DNA from: an uncultured virus (IMG/VR IMGVR_UViG_3300017767_000001) | Lineage: Duplodnaviria; Heunggongvirae; Uroviricota; Caudoviricetes | Virus record (IMG/VR): IMGVR_UViG_3300017767_000001 | Span: 62,001 to 94,590 of that record | Direction: 5' to 3' (one strand) | DNA: 32,590 nucleotides | In this document: positions 26,631-32,590 of the stretch, in pieces | Position numbering within the stretch: position 1 is the first letter of the stretch | How the letters are laid out: each line of letters opens with the position of its first letter | The notes under the pieces: model-generated | Told to the model about the DNA's origin: nothing | Seen by the model: the letters and a program-made list of their open reading frames with translations, nothing else | Databases searched by the model: none | Position numbers and translations under genes: made by a program

Positions 26631-26695
26631 ATAATAAGTACATACAATATTAATAGTACTATAACTACTATGTCTAGTCTTTGACTAAGTTTCAT
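26627..26695 (-). CDS. Putative 22-aa hydrophobic micropeptide MKLSQRLDIVVIVLLILYVLII
   Basis: Hand translation of the 61-nt gap. Its ATG overlaps the upstream TGA (ATGA at 26695-26692) and its TGA overlaps the D10 ATG (ATGA at 26630-26627). Confidence 0.65.
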   Translation of the reverse strand: MKLSQRLDIVVIVLLILYVLII

Positions 26696-27186
26696 ACTTT
26701 TCTTCTTGTATCTTTTAGTTTAGTTTCTGAATAATCATATAGAAGCCAAGGTCTGGCTCCGTTATGCAAAACTCCTGCATACTGTATTTCTGAAGGAGGA
26801 GGCCGGGGTACGATAAAAGGTTTTTTAATTCCATGTAAGTGTAGTCTTGACACTTTTGTTAAGTTTTCTATTCTTTCTATTTTGTAGTAAGATAGCTTTA
26901 AGAAGTTAGTTTTTTCGTATTCAAAAATAGCTCCCATACTATCTATAAAATGCTTCTTACTTGACTTTATTATACCCGTTAAATCTGTTATTTTGTATTT
27001 TATAGGAAATAAATTTGTATGAGGAGTTTGTAATCTTCTTATGCCTAAGCTGGCTCCTTTCATATTTTTATCATCCAATATTTTATCATCCAAAAACAAT
27101 AATCCATCCTGCCCATACCAATTACCTGAAGGCAGAGCATAGGCAGGAAAAGTAACTAAACGTATATCTCTATATGTGATCGCCAT
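26692..27186 (-). CDS. Conserved hypothetical protein downstream of the polymerase in T5-like phages (164 aa)
   Basis: Basic protein with LDDKNMKG..LG.RRLQ motif, overlapping the polymerase stop; syntenic position. Confidence 0.8.
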   Translation of the reverse strand: MAITYRDIRLVTFPAYALPSGNWYGQDGLLFLDDKILDDKNMKGASLGIRRLQTPHTNLFPIKYKITDLTGIIKSSKKHFIDSMGAIFEYEKTNFLKLSYYKIERIENLTKVSRLHLHGIKKPFIVPRPPPSEIQYAGVLHNGARPWLLYDYSETKLKDTRRKV

Positions 27187-29437
27187 AAAGTTTACTAAAC
27201 TTACCCATCGAGTAATCTTCCCCTATTTCAAAGTCACAGCCGACAGGAGCTCCTGTAATATATACACCCCTGTCCATTTGAACAAATCTACGAAGATGCT
27301 CTGAGTAGAAATCAATTTCATCTTCTGGCACTTCCGCAAGAATCGAGTCATGGACTAAAGCAAAGATTTTAGACTTCATTTTTTGCCCTTTTATAAACTC
27401 TCCCATATCAATAGCTCCGAGTAAGTTAATATCACTAGCAGCAGACTGAACCAAGAAATTAAGACCAGACCTAACGCTATGACCTCGTATGCCTTGATCG
27501 GTACTTTTAACATTTGGTAATCTCCTCTTGCGCCCAAAATGACTGTAAGTGAAGCCATTTGTTAAAATAAATTTTTGATTTTTTTCTATCCATGCTTTTA
27601 GCCTATGAAACGCAGCAAAGTAATCATTAATAACTTCTGCTGCTTCGTTCTTGGAGAAGAATTTTCCACTATCTTTTGTGACTTGTTCGCTAATCTTGGC
27701 GGGCCCTGCACCATACATAATACCAAAGGTAACAGCCTTTGCTGCTTGTCTTCGATCCGCATATAGTTCTGCTACTTCTTCTACAGCGCAGGGCAGTCTA
27801 AATACTTTATGTGCAATTGTACTGTGAAAGTTTCCTCCACTACGAAATACATCCATTAGAGCTTCGTCTTTTGCTAGCACTGCAGCCACGTATACTTCAG
27901 CCGTAGTCAAATCCATGGCAACTATTTTATGGCCTGCCGATGCTTTAATACATCCCTTAACAGTAGGATTATCCCTAGGCAACTGCTGCATATTTAACTT
28001 ACCAGAAGAACTGAGACGACCACTAGTAGTACCATGCAGATTAAAGCCTGTACGAAGGTGAGAATCTCTATCCAATTGAGGTATGATCTTGTCAAGATAA
28101 GTATTTTTGATTTTAGATTTTTGTCGTATGTCCAAGATAAGTTGCGGTACAGGTGATTGAAGGCTGAGTTCCTTGAGCACTTCCGCGTCAGTAGAGTCTG
28201 CGCCCGTGCCAGTCTTTTTTCCAGTCGGTTTGAGGCCCAAATAATCAAACATAAGACCACGAAGCTGAACGGTAGAGTTAGGATTAAAAGATTTTCCATT
28301 TAATTCTTCAAACCTCCGTATTTTATCATTCTCATAAAGCGTAGAGATAGCATTATCAATGTCTGTCTGCATTGCTTCTTGGGCAAACAACAGTCTAGTT
28401 CTATCAAATGGAACACCATTATCCTGAGTATCAATTAAGAATCTAGTTCCAGGAATTAAGATATTATCATATACACTCTTTAGTTTTTTATTAGTTTTTA
28501 CAACGAGCAACTTTTCATATAGCAAGAAAGTAACTACAGCATCCATAGCTGCATAAGTTTTCATAACTTCAAAAGGAATACTATCCCAAGTAAATTGATC
28601 CTTGAGAACTCCATGCTCTTTTCTGTACTGAGCAATCCAATCATACATTGGCTTCTCATAGTCTCCGTACTTAGTATGCTTGATTGCGAGCTGCTTTAGA
28701 CCGTGACCACCTGGGTTTTCATCCACAAGATAGTGTAGTAACATAGTATCTTCAAACTGAGGAAACTTAAAGTGAAAGTGATACTCAAAGAATGCCATAT
28801 CAAACTTGGCATTGTGAAATACTACGGTTTTTTGATTAAATAAAGTTTGTAAAAGTGACTCAGTGCTGTCATCAAAGCAGTCGGTATCAATATAAGCCCC
28901 GCACTTGCCATTATAACTAAGACTAATCCCCAACATATAGCCATCTCTAGGGTATAGCCCAGTAGTCTCAGAGTCGAGAGCAACGTATCTGCATGGATCT
29001 TTGATGGCACGACGAATAAATTCATTTGCCTCCTCCGTATCTTGAATACCAAAGGCGATACTATCATCAATAACTGCATCCTCTAATTCGCCTGAGATAT
29101 ATCCATGAATACTTTCTACACTTTCGTCCCAAGCTTTCTTTGCTTCGGGTTTAAATGCAAGCATAGCAGGACTAATAACAGGCAGGAATTTCTTATCTAC
29201 CTTTTTACCTGAGTATTCTTGAACTGAATTTACAGTAGTAAAATGTTTCACTGGCTCAGAGCCAACGAGGACTAGCCAGTCATAAGAATCTATATCTATT
29301 TCAATATCAGTATCCCGCTTTAAGATTCTTTTAATTGTCGGGTCTGAACACAACTGATATTGGTCAAAGTCAAAATCAAAGTATTGTCCATACTTAATTT
29401 TGCTAGGTTGTTTCTCAACAATAGCTACCTTAGCCAT
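27170..29437 (-). CDS. polA: Family A DNA polymerase with 3'-5' exonuclease (T5-like)
   Basis: Exo motifs ALDSETTGL, FHNAKFD and YAAMDA; TTSGRLSS; motif A DLTTAEV; motif B RQAAKAVTFGIMYG; motif C VHDS. Confidence 0.97.
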   Translation of the reverse strand: MAKVAIVEKQPSKIKYGQYFDFDFDQYQLCSDPTIKRILKRDTDIEIDIDSYDWLVLVGSEPVKHFTTVNSVQEYSGKKVDKKFLPVISPAMLAFKPEAKKAWDESVESIHGYISGELEDAVIDDSIAFGIQDTEEANEFIRRAIKDPCRYVALDSETTGLYPRDGYMLGISLSYNGKCGAYIDTDCFDDSTESLLQTLFNQKTVVFHNAKFDMAFFEYHFHFKFPQFEDTMLLHYLVDENPGGHGLKQLAIKHTKYGDYEKPMYDWIAQYRKEHGVLKDQFTWDSIPFEVMKTYAAMDAVVTFLLYEKLLVVKTNKKLKSVYDNILIPGTRFLIDTQDNGVPFDRTRLLFAQEAMQTDIDNAISTLYENDKIRRFEELNGKSFNPNSTVQLRGLMFDYLGLKPTGKKTGTGADSTDAEVLKELSLQSPVPQLILDIRQKSKIKNTYLDKIIPQLDRDSHLRTGFNLHGTTSGRLSSSGKLNMQQLPRDNPTVKGCIKASAGHKIVAMDLTTAEVYVAAVLAKDEALMDVFRSGGNFHSTIAHKVFRLPCAVEEVAELYADRRQAAKAVTFGIMYGAGPAKISEQVTKDSGKFFSKNEAAEVINDYFAAFHRLKAWIEKNQKFILTNGFTYSHFGRKRRLPNVKSTDQGIRGHSVRSGLNFLVQSAASDINLLGAIDMGEFIKGQKMKSKIFALVHDSILAEVPEDEIDFYSEHLRRFVQMDRGVYITGAPVGCDFEIGEDYSMGKFSKLYGDHI

Positions 29438-30263
29438 ATAGTTTATTCCTTAATTTATCAACTTGTGTTTGTGACAACGATCCTGCATCTGCATATTTAT
29501 CTCCAAAAGCAATGTTTCTTGTACTTATATCTACTTCTTCACATAGTTTTCTTATTGCTTCTGAGCCTTTCTGTCCTGCTTCATCATTGTCTAAAAATAC
29601 ATCTATTCTTTGTATGCCCTGTACAGATAATACTTGTAACTTTTCTGTAGTTACATTCTTTACTCCAAAGCAGCATACCGCATTTGTCAGTCCTTTGTCG
29701 TGTAAATTTATAACATCAAAGATTCCCTCTACCAGTACAATGGTGTCGTGTATTGGTTCTACTACAGGGAACAAGGGCAACTTTACCCCTGGAGGACTGA
29801 ACAAATATTTTGGTGTTTGATCTGTTGTTGTTCTTGATTGAAATGCAATAACTCTACCCGATCTGTCTCGTATTGGGAAACAGATTCTACCGTTGAAGTC
29901 TTTACCTGAATGTATAAAGGCTTCGAAATCTTTATAAGTTTCTGGACGAATGTTTCGCCAGTTTCCTACGTACGGAGCATAACCCTCTGGCATAGAGAGT
30001 CCTACTCCTTCTAATCTTTTTTCTTGTATTTTCTTTTTCAAAAGCTGCCGCCGTAATTCCATTTTATCTGCTTTTTCTCCGAAGTGCTTAAAGATGCTAC
30101 CTTTATAGCCGCAGGAAAAACAGTTAAAAATGCCTGTGATTTGATCCACTCTCATACTAGGGTTGCGATCATCGTGTTCAGGGTTCAAACAACGAACAAC
30201 AAAGTCTTTCCCCTTTGGTATGAAAGGAATATCTTTAGTGCTAAGTAAATCTTCTACGTTCAT
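29430..30263 (-). CDS. dnaG: DNA primase (zinc-binding domain + TOPRIM)
   Basis: CLNPEHDDRNPS...CFSC; RICFPIRD; VEGIFD; LDNDEAG. Confidence 0.92.
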   Translation of the reverse strand: MNVEDLLSTKDIPFIPKGKDFVVRCLNPEHDDRNPSMRVDQITGIFNCFSCGYKGSIFKHFGEKADKMELRRQLLKKKIQEKRLEGVGLSMPEGYAPYVGNWRNIRPETYKDFEAFIHSGKDFNGRICFPIRDRSGRVIAFQSRTTTDQTPKYLFSPPGVKLPLFPVVEPIHDTIVLVEGIFDVINLHDKGLTNAVCCFGVKNVTTEKLQVLSVQGIQRIDVFLDNDEAGQKGSEAIRKLCEEVDISTRNIAFGDKYADAGSLSQTQVDKLRNKLYG

Positions 30264-30496
30264 TAACAGTCCGGATCAAAAGATGCCCACTCATCCATTT
30301 CGGTAGGCTCGTCATAATCTTCATCAATACTACACAGCCACGGTCCGCTGTCTGGCTCGGAGTACCACCAGTCTTCTTCTAGAGCATTAGGACATCGTAC
30401 AGGATTGCCATTGCTATATCCGTCCCCTTCTAAAGTTTCTCCACAGTTAGGGCAAGTATCACGAGTATTCCAATGTTCCATAAGTGCGTCGTGCAT
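30263..30496 (-). CDS. Small Cys-containing acidic protein (77 aa)
   Basis: TAATG overlaps at both ends. CPNC...RCPNA...C motif and an acidic tail ending EWASFDPDC. Confidence 0.75.
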   Translation of the reverse strand: MHDALMEHWNTRDTCPNCGETLEGDGYSNGNPVRCPNALEEDWWYSEPDSGPWLCSIDEDYDEPTEMDEWASFDPDC

Positions 30497-30792
30497 TATC
30501 TTCTCATCCTCGCTAAATCTTTCATTTCTTCTTCGTTGATAATTGGTATCGCATTAGATTTATGCATGGTTCCGATACCCTTAACGAGGGTTCCCGTATA
30601 TTGCAGGCTTTCCACCCTAGCGGCAACTCCAGTTGTGTCGGGAGCTGAGGGGTACTCAGGCATACACCTGCGGTAATTAACTCGTTGAGGCTCATGAATA
30701 CCCCCTCTCGTGCTAACCTTAGTTTTTCGCGCATAACTACGCTTCTTTCTTCCCGTGACATCATAGCGTAACGATCCATATACCATCCCCAT
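30496..30792 (-). CDS. Conserved basic phage hypothetical protein (YTGTLVKGIGTMHKSNAIP motif, ~98 aa)
   Basis: Start reassigned to ATG30792, which has gggag upstream and lies downstream of the promoter at 30824-30852. The track's TTG start is the -35 box itself. Confidence 0.8.
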   Translation of the reverse strand: MGMVYGSLRYDVTGRKKRSYARKTKVSTRGGIHEPQRVNYRRCMPEYPSAPDTTGVAARVESLQYTGTLVKGIGTMHKSNAIPIINEEEMKDLARMRR

Positions 30793-30823
30793 ATATAAAA
30801 AACTCCCATCAATTTCAAGATAT

Positions 30824-30852
30824 ATTATACATGAAAATGACAGGAGTGTCAA
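30824..30852 (-). promoter_or_regulatory. Consensus sigma70-type early promoter
   Basis: - strand TTGACA-ctcctgtcattttcatg (17 nt)-TATAAT, with an A-tract (aaaaatattcc) upstream; intergenic. Confidence 0.9.
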
Positions 30853-30864
30853 GGAATATTTTTA

Positions 30865-32214
30865 TCAGAGGTCGTGAATGTCTTCGTCGCTTTTCTCGGA
30901 AGCTGCATCTCGTTCTTTGGGAGTGAGTTCTGACTCAGGCCCTATCTTCAAAGTCTCCCAATTCATAGTAGAAGTAAAACTCTCCATGCTGGCAGATCTC
31001 ATTTTAACACAATTAAATGTTAAACAGTTATCTTCTTGTTCCCAGCTTTCGAGAGCAAAAGCAGCATCTGCTGCATCGAGAATGCCTTTTGCGAATCTTG
31101 CCTCTCCAGTAGCATCAGTTTGATAGGGAGATACTACTGTACAATCATACTCTTGTGCCATAGACTTGAGTGCTTTACTCACTTCGATCTGTTCCGTCCA
31201 GTCGTACTGTCCACCTCGTGAAGGAAGATGTGACCTACGTACTTGGTTGATATAATCTACAATGATTACACCAGCATTAATTTTACCAACTTTCTTATCC
31301 AACTCTGCACGAATACGGGCAAGAGTTAGACCTGGGTCATAAACTACGTCGAGCTGTTGAGTCGGGAGAAGCTCATGCTCGGTACGTAACTTATGGTGTA
31401 AGTCGCTAAAATTACGGTGTTCTTTGTATTCTTCCAACCTTTCCAGGCCTCTATCATATCGAGCAGCCCACCATGCGCTTACTCGTTCCCACTCATCTAC
31501 GGTCAAGTTCTTTGAACGTAAACGATTTTGAGGTATGCCAGTAGCGATCCCGCAACACCGTTGCAGTATTGCACGACTGTCCATTTCAATGGTAAAATAG
31601 ATAGCTGAACGGCCAGATTCGACAACATTGTTTGCAATATTAGCACAAGTTAAGGACTTGCCTTGACCCCGCTTTCCGCCGATGAGAACCAAATCTCTTG
31701 GGCTAAAAGTAATCTCACTGTCATATGCACCGTTAAGACCAAGTGGAAGATACTTTGCAATATCTTCTTCATTCTCGAACAACTCAATATGTTGCATACT
31801 CTCTTGTGGAGGTTCGAGATCAACCTTTTCTTCTACGTCAAGGACAATCTGATGCAGTTCATTTACAGACTCTTGTGCGTCTGCGAACAATACTGAGTTA
31901 TCAATATACTTGTCAAGAGAGTTTAATATCTCTCTCTGTGCATATTCATTCTTGAGATATTCTAATAAAGTAACTGCATCAATATCTACTGAGATATTTT
32001 CTATTGCAAATACTTTATCCCGGGTTAAGCCGTGGCGAATACTTAATTTAAGATCGTCGAACGAAGGGAAATCATGATGTTTTTCACAATGCTTGTCAAT
32101 GTGGTCATAAAGCAAATGATATTCTGTAGGCAAGTACTCTTTACGCAGGTAAGTCCACGTCTCAAAGTCGCCCACAGCAACACATTGCTTTATTAAAGCA
32201 CTGGAAATATTCAA
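30865..32214 (-). CDS. dnaB: Replicative DnaB-like (SF4) helicase
   Basis: TTG start with ggggga RBS; Walker A GGKRGQGKS, FTIEM, IIVDYINQV, SPYQ and KMR. Confidence 0.9.
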   Translation of the reverse strand: MNISSALIKQCVAVGDFETWTYLRKEYLPTEYHLLYDHIDKHCEKHHDFPSFDDLKLSIRHGLTRDKVFAIENISVDIDAVTLLEYLKNEYAQREILNSLDKYIDNSVLFADAQESVNELHQIVLDVEEKVDLEPPQESMQHIELFENEEDIAKYLPLGLNGAYDSEITFSPRDLVLIGGKRGQGKSLTCANIANNVVESGRSAIYFTIEMDSRAILQRCCGIATGIPQNRLRSKNLTVDEWERVSAWWAARYDRGLERLEEYKEHRNFSDLHHKLRTEHELLPTQQLDVVYDPGLTLARIRAELDKKVGKINAGVIIVDYINQVRRSHLPSRGGQYDWTEQIEVSKALKSMAQEYDCTVVSPYQTDATGEARFAKGILDAADAAFALESWEQEDNCLTFNCVKMRSASMESFTSTMNWETLKIGPESELTPKERDAASEKSDEDIHDL

Positions 32215-32230
32215 TCGTTCCCCCGAACAG

Positions 32231-32259
32231 AAAAAGGCCGACTCCCGAAGGAGTCAGCC
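32231..32259 (-). terminator. Intrinsic terminator with cUUCGg tetraloop downstream of D5
   Basis: - strand ggctgactcc-TTCG-ggagtcggcc-ttttt: a 10-bp stem with one G-U pair. Confidence 0.9.
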
Positions 32260-32275
32260 GCCCACATCAAAAATT

Positions 32276-32590
32276 TTACTGAGCCTTAGCTGCCTTAGCG
32301 GCACCATCATAGTCGGCTGCAGTCAGACCGCGACGAGTAAGCATAGTCTTAACGCCACGAGCAGTCTTGCCAATCGCTTCAGCGATAGCTTCTACAGTCA
32401 TAGACGCAACGTCTACGTCTGCTAGAGGATCTGCATTTGAAGCACCTTTAGTGCTCTCCTGACGGGGGATAGCATCGATATCGCCAGAGCGCAGAAGGCT
32501 CAGAGCCTTGCCACGAATGCTGTTGACCGAACGGCCAAGAGCGTCAGCGATAGCCTCTACAAAGGCACCGTCGTTAACCATAGAAACAAA
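32276..32590 (-). CDS. D5: T5 D5-like DNA-binding protein, 5'-truncated by the window edge
   Basis: The frame is open to the window end. HTH-like repeats EAIADALGRSVNSIRGKALSLLR and MTVEAIAEAIGKTARGVKTMLTRRGL..DYDGAAK match the C-terminal part of T5 D5 as I recall it; position upstream of the helicase agrees. Confidence 0.85.
   Translation of the reverse strand, partial: FVSMVNDGAFVEAIADALGRSVNSIRGKALSLLRSGDIDAIPRQESTKGASNADPLADVDVASMTVEAIAEAIGKTARGVKTMLTRRGLTAADYDGAAKAAKAQ

Noticed and set aside
26653..26687. Small palindromes (tagtacta; tagtc-ttt-gacta) as an operator or origin
   Set aside because: They are short and AT-rich, so could arise by chance. The region is better explained by the doubly coupled micro-ORF.
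27700..27760. Unusual residue at the polymerase motif B position equivalent to E. coli Pol I F762
   Set aside because: The motif reads KAVTFGIMYG, i.e. the ordinary Phe; there is no sign here of a Tyr/Leu variant.
30793..30852. N-terminal extensions given by the ORF track for 30496-30852 and 24899-25351
   Set aside because: The extensions run through consensus promoter boxes; downstream ATGs at 30792 and 25300 are more plausible.
17335..32214. Introns, inteins or homing endonucleases in nrdA/nrdB, polymerase or helicases
   Set aside because: All ORFs are continuous and of compact length, with no intein splice motifs or HNH/LAGLIDADG/GIY-YIG ORFs seen.
1..32590. tRNA, rRNA or other structured RNA genes
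   Set aside because: Intergenic gaps are all under about 75 nt and are accounted for by RBSs, promoters or terminators; no cloverleaf was recognised.

Overview
This window is lytic bacteriophage DNA with a T5-like (Demerecviridae-type) gene order, arranged as two convergent arms that meet at a hairpin terminator near 16,826-16,853. The + strand arm (1-16,824) is a dense array of eight modular tail-fibre/adhesin-like genes plus four genes outside that family. Seven of the eight begin with the same ~30-aa N-terminal motif (NFPxSPSNG..T....TYTY......W). They are built from a small shared set of modules and end in either a glycine-rich domain (5 genes) or three LamG/ConA-like lectin domains (2 genes). 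Several are preceded by a near-identical RBS/start junction. The - strand arm (16,837-32,590) is the T5-type replication/recombination module: D5, DnaB-like helicase, primase, family A DNA polymerase, D10 helicase, D11 SSB, D12/D13 (SbcD/SbcC-like), D14 nuclease and D15 5'-3' exonuclease, followed by class Ia nrdA/nrdB and two small paralogous coiled-coil genes. The - arm also has two perfect sigma70 consensus promoters and a UUCG-loop terminator. The most notable observations are the combinatorial adhesin cassette array and a 22-codon hydrophobic micro-ORF, absent from the ORF track, joined by ATGA overlaps to both neighbours. All family assignments come from motif recognition by eye; no database search was run.
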